This document shows, in pieces, positions 8,808 through 19,000 of a DNA stretch of 63,467 bases. Source of the stretch: a virus (Duplodnaviria > Caudoviricetes). Position numbers and translations under genes: made by a program. Position 1 is the stretch's first letter, and each line of letters starts with the position of its first letter. The DNA is taken from the IMG/VR virus record IMGVR_UViG_3300037047_000283, positions 1-63,467 of that record; one strand, written 5' to 3'. The notes beneath the pieces are model-generated. The model searched no databases and was not told the DNA's origin. It was given only the letters and a program-made list of their open reading frames with translations.

Positions 8808-10557
8808 CTGTGAACTTCGTCGGCAAAAGATGGTAGGTACTCATGATCCAGTTCAGAGGCAACACCGGCTGTGCCGAGTAGTCGATGTAGCGAACCACTC
8901 CGTCCGCCCGGAGCACGGTCGCCTTCGGGTCGTAGCTGACGATCAACTCGTCGCGCATCGCTGCTTCCAGCACCGCGTTGGTGATACTGATGATGCTCTG
9001 GTCGATACCCGGTGTCCCCGGCTTGCCGATGATCAGCTCGTGGCGGTTGCGGACTTCGCGGGCGATGTAATCAGCGCCGCGACCGACCGAGAACTCGACC
9101 CGGTACAGATCGGCGTCCTGCGCCCAAGTGGTGAGCTGCCGGGAGATCACGAAGCCGGCGCCTTGCACGAGGTCTTTGATCGGCACCGCGAGGTGGGCTT
9201 CGAGGAGGTCGTCGATCTCGGTGTTCCGCAGCTCCACTTCGAGGCCGAGGCAGTTGAGGTACTTGCGGGTCAGGGGGGTGACGACCGAAGCGCCGCCAGC
9301 GATCCCGGCGAACATGACGGCGGTGATATAGGCCGGGTAGAGCTTGCTGACGCCGTTCGCGTCGTAGTGCTTCGAGCCGAGGCCGACGTGGACGGTGCGA
9401 TCGCTGTTGAGGGCTGCCGCTTCTGCCTTAATGACCCCGATCGCCGTGATGCGGTTGGCCTCGCTGGTCCACGACTGCAGGGCACCGCCGACGACCTGCC
9501 GGCGCTCGCTCTTCCCTGCCGGGCCGCTCATGAAATTACAGTGAGCATCGCCGAGGGCGTGAATCGATGCCGAGGAGACGAGGGGGACGATGATGTCGAT
9601 GTCGACCGTCTTTAGCTCGTTGAAGGCCGAGACCCAATCATCGTTAGTGGTAGCGCCGTCCGCGCCGCCGGCAAGGTAGGCCCATGCGCTGTTGGCCGGG
9701 ACTGCGCCTGCGCCGGCAATGCGGGTTGCCGCGACGTAGGAGCTGCGCTCGTTCAACCGATCGACGATGGCTTGCAGGTCGGAGGTGATGGTCGCTGCCG
9801 TGGTCTTGACCGACTGTGCCGTGAAGGCGTCGAGCTGCAGGCAGAGGTCGGTCTTCGCCGACTTGGTGAGAGCCACAGCGGTGAAGACGCCGCTGGCATT
9901 GAGCGCGTCAATCAGGGACTGCACGGTCGGGTAGGAGTCGAAATCGAGGGTCAGGTTCTCGACGCCGCCCGTTTCGGTCGTGGTGGTCAGCTTGTGGCTG
10001 CCGGCTCCGCTGGCGACATCAATCGTCACGGAGGCGGTGGCGCCGGCTCCGGTGTAGAGCAGGGTAAAGCTCGGTCTGGCAAGGTCGTCATGAATTTCCG
10101 AGACGTCCTGAAAGCCGATCGTGACCTTCTTGCCGGCGTTGGTCCCGGCCTCGACCTTGACTTTGATCTGGTTCGCGACCAGCCCGTACATGAACGAATC
10201 AAGGGTGATAACGTCCGCCGCTGCTGCCGAGACGAGGTTCTTGGCGGCTTTGGTCGCCGGGTTGACCGGCAGGAGGTAGACTTCGCTCGCGCCGGGGATG
10301 CCCTTGGACGGATTGAAGACCAGCGAGGCGGCCAGACGTGCCTCTTCCCATGCCGGAGCAATCAGGAAGTTGCCGAGGGTCGAATCGATCCGGGTCAATT
10401 TCTTGGGCTCAAGGAGCCCGGTCATTTCCGCCATGATGACGACCTTGTTGGCGGAGCCGAGTTGTACCGGGCTCAGTGCCGACGAGTCGATTGCGGAAGC
10501 GGCTTGCGGGCGCACGTAGTACGTCCCTTTCCAAGTAACGCCAGTTTTTACTCCCAT
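8797..10557 (-). CDS. contractile tail sheath protein
   Basis: 586 aa; YLAGGADG and C-terminal IDYSAQPVLPLNWI sheath-like features; upstream of tube. Confidence 0.9.
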   Translation of the reverse strand: MGVKTGVTWKGTYYVRPQAASAIDSSALSPVQLGSANKVVIMAEMTGLLEPKKLTRIDSTLGNFLIAPAWEEARLAASLVFNPSKGIPGASEVYLLPVNPATKAAKNLVSAAAADVITLDSFMYGLVANQIKVKVEAGTNAGKKVTIGFQDVSEIHDDLARPSFTLLYTGAGATASVTIDVASGAGSHKLTTTTETGGVENLTLDFDSYPTVQSLIDALNASGVFTAVALTKSAKTDLCLQLDAFTAQSVKTTAATITSDLQAIVDRLNERSSYVAATRIAGAGAVPANSAWAYLAGGADGATTNDDWVSAFNELKTVDIDIIVPLVSSASIHALGDAHCNFMSGPAGKSERRQVVGGALQSWTSEANRITAIGVIKAEAAALNSDRTVHVGLGSKHYDANGVSKLYPAYITAVMFAGIAGGASVVTPLTRKYLNCLGLEVELRNTEIDDLLEAHLAVPIKDLVQGAGFVISRQLTTWAQDADLYRVEFSVGRGADYIAREVRNRHELIIGKPGTPGIDQSIISITNAVLEAAMRDELIVSYDPKATVLRADGVVRYIDYSAQPVLPLNWIMSTYHLLPTKFTVSL

Positions 10558-10559
10558 TG

Positions 10560-10802
10560 CTAGTTACCTCCCTGTTGTGAAAGCCATTCGCTCCATGTGA
10601 GCCGGGTCGGCTGGCTGCGGAAAAGTTCGAGCAGCCGTGCCCACTCGGAGCGCATTTTGTGGCCGTTGATTTGTTCCTTGCTCATGAGTGCTTTGAAGGC
10701 GCCCTTGATCTCTGCTTGTGCGTTGCCGAACTCACTAAGGAATTCGTCGACCGAGAGCTTGAACTCCTGCGGCTCGGCTTGTTCGGTGCCCTTCTTCTTC
10801 AT
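10560..10802 (-). CDS. hypothetical protein upstream of sheath
   Basis: 80 aa, SD GGAGG, in operon. Confidence 0.65.
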   Translation of the reverse strand: MKKKGTEQAEPQEFKLSVDEFLSEFGNAQAEIKGAFKALMSKEQINGHKMRSEWARLLELFRSQPTRLTWSEWLSQQGGN

Positions 10803-10839
10803 GCTGCCTCCGTTTTATATGGGGAACACTTCGGGCACG

Positions 10840-11499
10840 TTACAGCGCCGTGTTGTTACCTGTGGCGTAGACGCCATTTAATAGAGTCTTGTTCCATGTG
10901 TTTTCCAGCTTGGCGGTGATTCGCACTCCCCGGACGAAGGCTTCCATCGGCTGCATCGACCCTTTTTCGAGGCGGATATCGGCGAGGGAGATATTGACTT
11001 CCAGTACTCCCTTGGCGCCTATCTCACCGAGGTTCTGGCAGATGAAATACTGGCAGAAGCGGGAGAGCCAGATCGTCTCCTCTTTGGTCGCTGCGATAAC
11101 GTCGATGTTGAAGCTGGCCTGCTCGTAGTAGCCGTAGGGCTGTCTCCAGCCGGTGATCGTCTCTTCGTCGCTGGCGTAGACAGGTACCGATTCACCGACG
11201 ATGTCGCCAAGGAAGCGATCGGTGCTCGGTGATTCCCCGTGGTAGATACCAATCTGCGGGAATGGCAGCTCCGCCGAGGGGAAGTGGGGGAGGATAAAGA
11301 CCCGCTTGGTCTCCTCGCTGCGGTCCCGGTTGCTGCCGACGAAAGACTTGCCGCGCAGGTAGGTGCCGATCTGCATCTGCTCCTCATTGCTGCGGTCCTC
11401 GAAGAGATCACTGACAATCTCCTGCGGGTTTATTTGCGCCGCAAGAAACTCCCGCAGGAAGAGGTCTTTGAGGATGAGGTCGACGTTCGGGAATCCCAT
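10840..11499 (-). CDS. tail terminator / neck protein
   Basis: Start re-called at MGFPNVDL; position and FPQIGI motif. Confidence 0.6.
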   Translation of the reverse strand: MGFPNVDLILKDLFLREFLAAQINPQEIVSDLFEDRSNEEQMQIGTYLRGKSFVGSNRDRSEETKRVFILPHFPSAELPFPQIGIYHGESPSTDRFLGDIVGESVPVYASDEETITGWRQPYGYYEQASFNIDVIAATKEETIWLSRFCQYFICQNLGEIGAKGVLEVNISLADIRLEKGSMQPMEAFVRGVRITAKLENTWNKTLLNGVYATGNNTAL

Positions 11500-11504
11500 T
11501 GGCT

Positions 11505-12329
11505 TTATCCTGTAAAGGTGACGTCCATGCCGACAGTGGCGGTGGGGACGAGGTCTTTGATCGCTGCTTCGCGGAGCATCGCTTCCACGGCGGGTTGGCA
11601 GTAGCCGGCGACCTTCTCCGCGATGTGGTGCGCCTTGTAACCGGGGTGCCACCAGCTATCGGGGTCGCTATGGTCGGAGACGATGCGAAAGGTCAGGTAC
11701 TTGCTCTGAGTGGCGTTCGCGTAGGTCTTTTCTATTTTGACCATGCCTTCGTACTTGCCGTTGGCATGTTTGTAACCGGTGCTGGCATTGTGGCCTGCCG
11801 GGTGTGCGATTTCCGTTCCGGTCAACTTCCCGCCCCACAGCATCTTTGGAACCAGCTTGGTCTGCATCTTGCCATTGCCGGCCATGACCTGTTTGGTTCC
11901 CATGCGTGACGGTGCCAGCGCTTGCGCTTGCGACAGGATATCTTTCGGCATTGTCGGGAAGTTGCTGTTGGGCGCATGGTTCGCCGAGGTGCCGTGCCGG
12001 AACGGGATGATGTTGTAGCGTCCGTTCTTGCCCATCCGGGCCTTTGGACCGCCGAGCAATCCCGGCTTCATGTCCCACTTCGCTTTGCCATATTCAAGGT
12101 CTTTGGCGGCCTGCGACGTGGCGATGATGAACTGTCTCAGGTCTGCTCCGCCCTGCACTCGCTGGCCAAGGACGATACTGTCGGCGTAGGCTTTGCGCAG
12201 GCCGATATTGGCTTTGATCTCTGGCACTCCCGGCAACGTCTGGGCGCCCATGACCGCCTGCTGCCATGTCGCTTGGACAAAGCTGGCGGCGATGTTCAGG
12301 GCGGCGTTGAGATTCGGGAGGTCACTCAT
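11505..12329 (-). CDS. neck / tail-completion protein
   Basis: Start re-called at MSDLPNL; YNIIPFRH and YLTFRIVSDHSDPDSWWHPG motifs typical of myovirus neck genes. Confidence 0.65.
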   Translation of the reverse strand: MSDLPNLNAALNIAASFVQATWQQAVMGAQTLPGVPEIKANIGLRKAYADSIVLGQRVQGGADLRQFIIATSQAAKDLEYGKAKWDMKPGLLGGPKARMGKNGRYNIIPFRHGTSANHAPNSNFPTMPKDILSQAQALAPSRMGTKQVMAGNGKMQTKLVPKMLWGGKLTGTEIAHPAGHNASTGYKHANGKYEGMVKIEKTYANATQSKYLTFRIVSDHSDPDSWWHPGYKAHHIAEKVAGYCQPAVEAMLREAAIKDLVPTATVGMDVTFTG

Positions 12330-12330
12330 G

Positions 12331-12966
12331 TCATTGCTCGTAAATGTGTTTCTTGCGGAGCAGTACTCGGCTGCCGATATCGACGCCGTGGCTGACTCGT
12401 GTGGCCGGGGGCTCCATGGCAATCCACTCGACCATGCCGCGATACTTGAGGCTGTATTTCGTCCCGGCGCCCGGTGCCTTGGCGGTCGCTGCCTTGCCGG
12501 TCCAGTCCCAGAGGATCTTGCGGCCATCGAGTTTGAAGTCGACGTTCTGCAGATACTTGATGCGGTCGATGTCGTAGCAGACGATGGCGTCCGTGGCCGG
12601 GTAGTAGAGGATGTCGGCGGCGTCGTAGCCTCTGACCAGCGCTTCCCCTTGTCCGTGCGGGATCGGCCATGTGAAGACGATCTTGTCGCCTTCGCTGACA
12701 ATGTCGGTCGACAGCGGCGAGAAGACACAGTCGCCGGGAAGCGCCACTCCCGATTCCAGCCAATCCTTGTGCATGCTGATCGCCGTTACCAGACCGACAA
12801 GCGGTTGCGACTCCGGGAAGAACCAGCCGCCAAGTTCATGCAGCGTGCAGTTCGGGTCCGGCTGGCCGTGGTCATCATGACAGGGGCAGCGGGTGCCGAC
12901 GAAGTGAGTGACGTCTTCGCCTTCGGATTCGACGAAGTTGTTGATGGCGTCGACAGGGATCGTCAC
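12331..12966 (-). CDS. head closure / head-tail joining protein
   Basis: CPC..PDPNCTLH..GW motif; position in neck cluster. Confidence 0.6.
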   Translation of the reverse strand: MTIPVDAINNFVESEGEDVTHFVGTRCPCHDDHGQPDPNCTLHELGGWFFPESQPLVGLVTAISMHKDWLESGVALPGDCVFSPLSTDIVSEGDKIVFTWPIPHGQGEALVRGYDAADILYYPATDAIVCYDIDRIKYLQNVDFKLDGRKILWDWTGKAATAKAPGAGTKYSLKYRGMVEWIAMEPPATRVSHGVDIGSRVLLRKKHIYEQ

Positions 12967-14324
12967 AGCGTCACCATCGACAGGCCGCGATACTGATTCC
13001 GCAGCTTCGGCTCATTCTCTTTGATCCATTTCTCGTTCGCTTCGATCGTCGCAGAGTAGATGCCGTAGCTAGCGCTGGCGGTGTAGCTGACCGACCGGCT
13101 CACGCCGTCCTTGCTGGTGCTTTCCGAGGAGAATCCGCCGCGATAGGCTTGGCCGGCAATCGTCAGGATACTGGTCGCGGCTTTGAAGCCGATCAACTTG
13201 AGCACGTCCGCTGGCGTCTCCGGTAAACCAGCCACCGCTTTGTAGCGCCAGAAGTCGGAGATGTATTCGCGGAATCCCCAGAAGTTGATCTGTTGGAAGA
13301 AGGTGTACATGTAGCTGTACTGCCCGTTGTAGGGGAGAACGTCGAGGCTGCCGCTCTTCTTGTTGACCGCGAAGGCGCCGCTGGAGATTTCCAGTGCCGA
13401 GGAGTTGCCGATATATCCTGAGACCTTATCGACGCGCAGCAGCTGGTGGAAAGGGAGGTCCAGCTTCCATGCCAGTGAATTGTTGTTGAAGTCGCGGGCG
13501 GTGTACATCACCGGCACGCCTTTGCGGTCGTAGAAAGCGCCGGGCTCGGAGTAGTAAGGTTCGGTGGCGACCCGGTACGGCTCGACAAAGACTTTCAGCG
13601 AAGTGTTCTCGACTTCGCAAATGGCCTTTTCGATTTCGGACCGAAGCTGCCCATCGTCCCAATACTGTTTATCGACGACGATCCCTTCTGATGCGTCGAC
13701 TTCCGGCAATTCGAACTCGTCGATATTGACCTCGGCATATCCGCCGCGAGGGTCGAGCAGGATTTCGCTGGCTCCGGTGATCGGAATCGCCGGTCCTCCT
13801 CCCCATGACAGGGTCGCGGGGGTGCCGTCGACCGCCGCCGTATAGACGAGGGCATAGATCATCTTCCGGGTGTTCTCGGAGAGGCGATAAAAGGTCACGC
13901 CGGTTACGGCTGACGGCTGTTTTTTCGGAAATGGCGTATCGGAGGCGTAGAGGGGGACACCAAAACAGTACCCGTTTCGCATCTCCTCGGTGGTAATCAG
14001 CGCGACCCGAAAGGCGGTTGTGCTGGCAGTGACATCTCCGGCGGTCGCTTCGACTTGATACTCTCCCCGGACGCAGAGAGGGATGCCGCTGTCGTCCTTG
14101 ATCCCGGTCAGGTCGAAGCTGGCGACGTACCCTTTGGGGTAGTCTCCGGCAAGGGTGATCTCTTGTGTTGAGACGACCGGCCCGCCCTTGCGCCGCAAAG
14201 CGATCGTCACGGTCTCCGCCAGTCCCGTAGCGGGAATAGGGATGAGGCGGACCTTGACGCTGCTGCGGGAAGGTTCGTGCCGTGAGTATTCGCTTTTGTC
14301 GGTTTTCAGGGTCAGGCCGGTCAT
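12963..14324 (-). CDS. head-tail adaptor-like protein
   Basis: C-terminal GFSSESTSKDGVSRSVSYTASA adaptor-like motif; position after capsid. Confidence 0.6.
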   Translation of the reverse strand: MTGLTLKTDKSEYSRHEPSRSSVKVRLIPIPATGLAETVTIALRRKGGPVVSTQEITLAGDYPKGYVASFDLTGIKDDSGIPLCVRGEYQVEATAGDVTASTTAFRVALITTEEMRNGYCFGVPLYASDTPFPKKQPSAVTGVTFYRLSENTRKMIYALVYTAAVDGTPATLSWGGGPAIPITGASEILLDPRGGYAEVNIDEFELPEVDASEGIVVDKQYWDDGQLRSEIEKAICEVENTSLKVFVEPYRVATEPYYSEPGAFYDRKGVPVMYTARDFNNNSLAWKLDLPFHQLLRVDKVSGYIGNSSALEISSGAFAVNKKSGSLDVLPYNGQYSYMYTFFQQINFWGFREYISDFWRYKAVAGLPETPADVLKLIGFKAATSILTIAGQAYRGGFSSESTSKDGVSRSVSYTASASYGIYSATIEANEKWIKENEPKLRNQYRGLSMVTL

Positions 14325-14354
14325 CGGTTATCCTTTGCTTTCGTTGAGAGTGTC

Positions 14355-14894
14355 TTACCCTTGCAGCTCGGTCATGCGTCCGTTCAGCACGGTCAGGCGG
14401 TTCTCTTTGGGATCTTCTTTGGCGATCTCAATGGCGATGATCTCCTTGATCAGTTCAATGTCCTCGCACTTGGTGACCGCGCCCTTGAAGCGGTTGAAGT
14501 TATTGTCGGCTGCGATCTTGACTGCGGCGCTCTGGCCGTCTTCGTCGTCGGAGCCTTGGTCGCCACCTTCGTTTTCTTTCTTGTCGCCCTCAGCGCCGAA
14601 TTTGGTGCCTTCGCTGTCGGATTTTTCCGCTTCCCGCTCCGCTTTGCCGGCGGCTGCCGCTGCTTCGAGTGTATCGTTGGCGGCTTGCTGGAGATCATCG
14701 GCGCTCTGGCCCGGTTTCCAGAAGTCTTTGGGGAGGCGCAGCAGGACACTGGCTTCGTCGTGATCGACCATAGCGACACCGAAGGTCTTGCCGTCGCGGG
14801 CCTTGCTCTCAAACTCGATACTGCGGGACTCGCCCTTGACGCTGACTGAGACCGGTCCGGTGTGAATGGAAATGATCTGGATCGACTTGCTCAT
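14355..14894 (-). CDS. hypothetical protein downstream of major capsid
   Basis: 179 aa, SD AAGGAG. Confidence 0.65.
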   Translation of the reverse strand: MSKSIQIISIHTGPVSVSVKGESRSIEFESKARDGKTFGVAMVDHDEASVLLRLPKDFWKPGQSADDLQQAANDTLEAAAAAGKAEREAEKSDSEGTKFGAEGDKKENEGGDQGSDDEDGQSAAVKIAADNNFNRFKGAVTKCEDIELIKEIIAIEIAKEDPKENRLTVLNGRMTELQG

Positions 14895-14918
14895 GATTTG
14901 CTCCTTGGATTTAAGTTA

Positions 14919-14944
14919 AGCCGGGGAGAATGACCTCCCCGGCT
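14919..14944 (-). terminator. hairpin after major capsid gene
   Basis: AGCCGGGGAG/CTCCCCGGCT perfect 10-bp stem; weak U tail. Confidence 0.5.
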
Positions 14945-14967
14945 GTTCTACATAGGGAACGCTTCAA

Positions 14968-16407
14968 TTACGCCGGAGTATAGGTTCCGCAGTTCTTGAA
15001 GATTTTGAGGCGGGTCGGTGCCTTGACGACCGGCACCATGTAGAGCATGAGCAGGAACGGCAGGGTGGTACCGACCAAAGGCAGGGGCAGCTTCATGAGC
15101 GGCGACATCTGCGCAATGGCGAGATCCTTGGGATCTGGCTTCATGAGGATGCAGACGCCGTTCTCTTCTTTGCCAGCTGCGGTCTGGGTGCGCCAGCCAT
15201 TGCGGTCGACGAAGGTGATGTTGCCGGACGCGCTCTGGGGCACTTTCGCGATCCACTGTGCGTCGGAGCCGTCGGCGAGGAATCCGCGATAGATGCGGTA
15301 GCCGGTGGCACCAGCAGTGCGGGTAATCACGGTCGTGACCTTGGTGGTCGCGTCGAGGACTGCGGCTGCCGTGGTGGTGACGCCGAGGGATTCGCCCGTG
15401 TCGTTGAAGGCGGCGATGGTATAGTAGTAGGTGCCGATAACGAACTTGCCAGTGGCATCGTCGGCAACGGTGGCTTGGGTTGTGATCCCCGGAGTTGCCG
15501 GGGCTCCGGAAACGGCAGCCGAGACCGGCATGTTGGTATCTACTTCCTGCGACATGATCGTGTGATCGAAGCCGATGGTGCCGTAGTTGGTGTCGTACTT
15601 CGAGACGATCGAGCCGGGGGTATATGCCTGTCCGGTCGCGAGGTCTTTGTTGAAACGCTGCAGGTTGCGGGTGTTGAACTGCTTGTTCAGGCCGCCCATG
15701 ACGTGGATGGAGCCGAGGGCTTCGTAACCGTTGACGGTCGCCTGCTTGCCGACTTTGAGAAACTTCTCGGCGGCATCGTCGAGATGGTCGAAGGAGAGGG
15801 CTGCGCCTTCCATATCGATGACGTTCTCGGAGAAGTTGGCCATGAGCTGGGCCAGAAGCCCGTCGAAGTTGGCCTCGACGCCGTTCTCGTCAAGGATGAG
15901 CTTGTTGCCGAACAACAGCTCGCGCTCGACTTTGTCCAGAAGCTCGATGGAGCGGTCCTGATTCTCGCGGACGCTGGGGTCTTCAAAGGCGCCGCCGTTG
16001 CTGCCGACAGTCTGCATCTGGAGGGTGACGCCACCGGCAACACCGAGGTACTTGTTGCGGATGGTTTCACGCTTGAAGCTCGACACGCCGCCATTGGGGG
16101 CGCCGCCTTCACGGAAGCCTGCACCGCCGCGACGGCTGGAGCCGAAGGAGGTGTGGACGTTGTACTCATAGAGCGGGGTGGCGCTGGGGACGCGGGGGAG
16201 CTTGTTGAACAGCTTGATGTGGTCCTGAGTGATCAGGGTGCTGGTCATCAAGGCATCGAGGTTTTCCAGCATGAGCGGGCCGTTGCCGTTGGCAAGGGCG
16301 GTGCCGGTCTGGGTGTTGAGGGCTTTGGCGAATTCTTCGACGTAGGTGTCGACGTTCATCCCCATCCCTGCGCTCTTCAGCATCTGATCGAACGACTGAA
16401 TGTTCAT
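14968..16407 (-). CDS. major capsid protein
   Basis: 479 aa after protease and scaffold; GPLMLENLDALM, FREGG, VERELLFG and FDGL motifs resemble SPO1/Twort-type capsids. Confidence 0.85.
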   Translation of the reverse strand: MNIQSFDQMLKSAGMGMNVDTYVEEFAKALNTQTGTALANGNGPLMLENLDALMTSTLITQDHIKLFNKLPRVPSATPLYEYNVHTSFGSSRRGGAGFREGGAPNGGVSSFKRETIRNKYLGVAGGVTLQMQTVGSNGGAFEDPSVRENQDRSIELLDKVERELLFGNKLILDENGVEANFDGLLAQLMANFSENVIDMEGAALSFDHLDDAAEKFLKVGKQATVNGYEALGSIHVMGGLNKQFNTRNLQRFNKDLATGQAYTPGSIVSKYDTNYGTIGFDHTIMSQEVDTNMPVSAAVSGAPATPGITTQATVADDATGKFVIGTYYYTIAAFNDTGESLGVTTTAAAVLDATTKVTTVITRTAGATGYRIYRGFLADGSDAQWIAKVPQSASGNITFVDRNGWRTQTAAGKEENGVCILMKPDPKDLAIAQMSPLMKLPLPLVGTTLPFLLMLYMVPVVKAPTRLKIFKNCGTYTPA

Positions 16408-16437
16408 CTTGTTTCTTCTCCTTTTCCTTGGCGGCTG

Positions 16438-17148
16438 TTACTGCTGTTCGAGTTCTGATTTAACGAAATCAGGGAGGGCGTCGTACCCTTTGACCGCATA
16501 AATCGACAGAAATTTCGCATCGACTTTTTTCGCCACAACGAGGTTTTGCAGGTCTTCCGCAATCTCGCTTTTGCTTTTCTTGAGCGTGTCGACGACGGCT
16601 CCGGGCTCTTTGCCAGCGCCGAGGAATCCGGGTCGGTGGGCAGCAGGACCGGCGCCAGCGTCTTCGATGGACTTGGTCATCGTCTCGGTCATGCCGGCGA
16701 GAGCCTTGGCCATCTTGATCTGGAGGTTGAGAGCGGCCATCTGCGACTTCTCGATGGTGCGAAGGCGCTGGTCGATGTTGCCCATCGACTTGTGGATGGT
16801 GTCTTCCAGTTCAGCATAGGCTTCGCTGGCTTTGACGAGTTCTTCGTGGAGGTCGTCTTCCGACAGCGACTTGTCCATGTCGTCGCCCTCTTCATCCTCG
16901 TCGTCCTCTTTGTCCGAGTCGCCGCCTTCGTCATCCGCATCGCCGTCGTCGGACTTGAGCAGGTTGTCATGCTCTTCGAGGGCTTTGATCATGTCGTCGA
17001 GGGACTCTTCGTCGTCGCTCTTGGTCAGGGCGTCAAGTTCGGCCAGCGCTTTTTCCAGCGTCTCGCCGTCCAGACCCTGCTCCTTCAGGGCTTTCTCGAT
17101 GTCCTCGGTGGACATCCCTTCGGTCTTCATTTGTTCGGCTGTCTTCAT
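16438..17148 (-). CDS. capsid scaffolding protein
   Basis: Acidic coiled-coil with about 12 hydrophobic-x-K-[SA] motifs, between protease and capsid. Confidence 0.75.
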   Translation of the reverse strand: MKTAEQMKTEGMSTEDIEKALKEQGLDGETLEKALAELDALTKSDDEESLDDMIKALEEHDNLLKSDDGDADDEGGDSDKEDDEDEEGDDMDKSLSEDDLHEELVKASEAYAELEDTIHKSMGNIDQRLRTIEKSQMAALNLQIKMAKALAGMTETMTKSIEDAGAGPAAHRPGFLGAGKEPGAVVDTLKKSKSEIAEDLQNLVVAKKVDAKFLSIYAVKGYDALPDFVKSELEQQ

Positions 17149-17167
17149 TGTGGTGCCTCCTGTTTGT

Positions 17168-18058
17168 TTAACCTGCGATGCCGGACTGTTTGACCAGAGC
17201 CATAATGTCCGGTCGTTTGGTTGCGCCTTTTATCAGCCCGCGCATGAATGCCGCTGACTGAGCCTTATCGTGTCCGAGGCACTCGCTCATGTGGACGAGG
17301 GCGCCGGCCATGCCTTTTTTGAATTTGCCGTTGGCGTCACAGCAGCCGCAGCTGGTGTCGCCGTAGAGGACGTTGGTCATTCCCCGGTCGAGGTTCTGCA
17401 GCATGAGCGGACCGGCGCTGGTCGTGCTCATCGCTGCCGCGTCGGATTTGTGCATGTGGCTGCCACAAGTGTGTCCGGGGATGTGCAGCGGGTGATTCGG
17501 GGAACATTTTCCGCAACAAAAACTCTTCATGAAGACTTCAATGGTCGCCTCTGCGAGCACCGGCTTATGTGTGATGGCTAGGTGTCTGACGATGCTCTTG
17601 ACGATCTTGTTGCCCTTTCTCTCGACGACGTTCCCTTCGACGGAGTAGGCCAGCGATCGCTTGCCGCCGCTCTTGGCGAGGGCGAGTCCGAGTTCCCAGA
17701 GTTCGTTGGCCATCTTCACCTGTTCGCTCTGCGGGTTATCGTCGTCGCTCTTGAGCAGTTCACCTTCGACCCAGAGGCCGTGGTCTCTCATCTCAACGTG
17801 AGTGGGATATCCGACGATGGTCGGCATCTGGACGCCGCTGATCGAGGTGACTTTCTGGTGGTCGTAGTTGAGATAGCCGCTCTTCATCAGCGGGCCGAAG
17901 TCGATGCCGTTTTGAAGGATGATCTCCCCCTGCTGGTCCATCTTCTCCATGCTGGCAAAACCACGGACCATTCGCTTCGTTCCTCCGTCTTCGGACTTGC
18001 GGAGTTCGAGCGATACCGGGATTTGGAAGAATTCAGTTGTTTGTTCTTGCTCGCTCAC
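17168..18058 (-). CDS. prohead (maturation) protease
   Basis: GFAS..MDQQGEII, LNYDH, GLWVEG, AYSVEG, LAITHKPV: HK97/herpes-like protease motifs. Confidence 0.9.
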   Translation of the reverse strand: MSEQEQTTEFFQIPVSLELRKSEDGGTKRMVRGFASMEKMDQQGEIILQNGIDFGPLMKSGYLNYDHQKVTSISGVQMPTIVGYPTHVEMRDHGLWVEGELLKSDDDNPQSEQVKMANELWELGLALAKSGGKRSLAYSVEGNVVERKGNKIVKSIVRHLAITHKPVLAEATIEVFMKSFCCGKCSPNHPLHIPGHTCGSHMHKSDAAAMSTTSAGPLMLQNLDRGMTNVLYGDTSCGCCDANGKFKKGMAGALVHMSECLGHDKAQSAAFMRGLIKGATKRPDIMALVKQSGIAG

Positions 18059-18157
18059 GGCGGTCTCCTTGAAAACGCAAAAGGGCAAACTCCCGGCGGT
18101 GCGGGTGCTTGCCCTCTGATCCCAACTGGCTTGCTTTCGCTGGCTGGCTGGGGAGTG

Positions 18158-18337
18158 CTACTTATTATCGATGGTGGTCATGATCAGCTTCCCGGCCTTG
18201 GTCCGGCTGATCTCGAAGGTTCTGGCTCCGAAAAGGAACCGTGCCGGGAAGTCGGAATCCTTCAGCACCGGGACGTGCTCCCCGGTTCCCTGCTTTGACT
18301 TTCGGAGTAGGTAGATGCCGGGAAGAATCTTGCTCAT
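18158..18337 (-). CDS. 59-aa protein with HemP-like C-terminal motif
   Basis: Read by hand: MSKILPGIYLLRKS...FEISRTKAGKLIMTT; directly behind the promoter at 18344-18372. Confidence 0.55.
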   Translation of the reverse strand: MSKILPGIYLLRKSKQGTGEHVPVLKDSDFPARFLFGARTFEISRTKAGKLIMTTIDNK

Positions 18338-18343
18338 GGGGGC

Positions 18344-18372
18344 ATTTTTGCAGGCTGTGTTCCCTATGTCAA
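18344..18372 (-). promoter_or_regulatory. sigma70-type promoter carrying the conserved TAGGGAAC motif
   Basis: TTGACA-17 nt-AAAAAT on the minus strand. Confidence 0.5.
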
Positions 18373-18406
18373 TTTTTTTGCTGTCGTGATATTTTTTCTT
18401 CGAATC

Positions 18407-18495
18407 GAAACCACCAGTTAACGGGGGTTTCTTTTCTCTATTGAAGGGATAGTCCTTCCGATTTCAGATGCCCCAGCGGGGGCTTGGAGGTTTTT
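18407..18495 (+). repeat. dispersed structured leader element, copy 1
   Basis: GAAACCACCAGTT..GGTTTCTTTTCTCTATTGAAGGGAT..TCCTTCC..GCCCC-AGCG-GGGGC-GGAGG-ATG. Confidence 0.9.
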
Positions 18496-18744
18496 ATGGT
18501 CTGGACGGCAAAAGCAGTAAATGACTTTTTGAAGAAAGTGACAGGTGGCGATGCCCATGTTGAGCAGGGCTATGAGGGTGGCAAGGCGAAGCGGGACGAT
18601 TTTGCTTCCCACAAGGAATACGTCAAGGTTCTCAATCGCACATTCGGGTACTTCTGCATCGACACCTACCGTCCCGGAATGAAGTTCTGGGGCAAAACGC
18701 CGAAGGCTGCCGCGAGAGCTGCTGGCTTCACGATTTTGGACTAA
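18496..18744 (+). CDS. hypothetical protein (island 1)
   Basis: ATG directly after the leader element SD. Confidence 0.7.
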   Translation: MVWTAKAVNDFLKKVTGGDAHVEQGYEGGKAKRDDFASHKEYVKVLNRTFGYFCIDTYRPGMKFWGKTPKAAARAAGFTILD

Positions 18745-18757
18745 TCGGGCGATCGGC

Positions 18758-18799
18758 CCTTACACTTACAGAGGCGCCAGCGGGCGCACGGAGGTTTTT
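18758..18799 (+). repeat. partial (3' half) copy of the leader element
   Basis: CCTTACACTTACAGAG-GCGCC-AGCG-GGCGC-ACGGAGGTTTTT-ATG. Confidence 0.75.
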
Positions 18800-18997
18800 A
18801 TGAAGCTCACCACTAAAGAGGCCGCTGAATTGAAAAAACTAAATCGCACATGCGCCAGCGGGAAAGCGACCCGCAAGCAGCTCCTTCGCGCCATCGACTT
18901 GAAGAGTAAAAGCCTGCGGGCGGCCCCGGTGGTCTGCCGCACTTGCGGCGTCGAAGGTTGCTGCATTCTTGCTCACGACAACCTGCGGAGGGACTAA
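18800..18997 (+). CDS. hypothetical protein
   Basis: SD GGAGG; Cys-rich tail. Confidence 0.6.
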   Translation: MKLTTKEAAELKKLNRTCASGKATRKQLLRAIDLKSKSLRAAPVVCRTCGVEGCCILAHDNLRRD

Positions 18998-19000
18998 ATC

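Noticed and set aside
18075-18155. Hairpin-rich spacer before the protease gene as a riboswitch
   Set aside because: Single copy with no recognisable aptamer; adequately explained as a terminator or attenuator-like stem (AGGGCAA..TTGCCCT-TTT on the minus strand)
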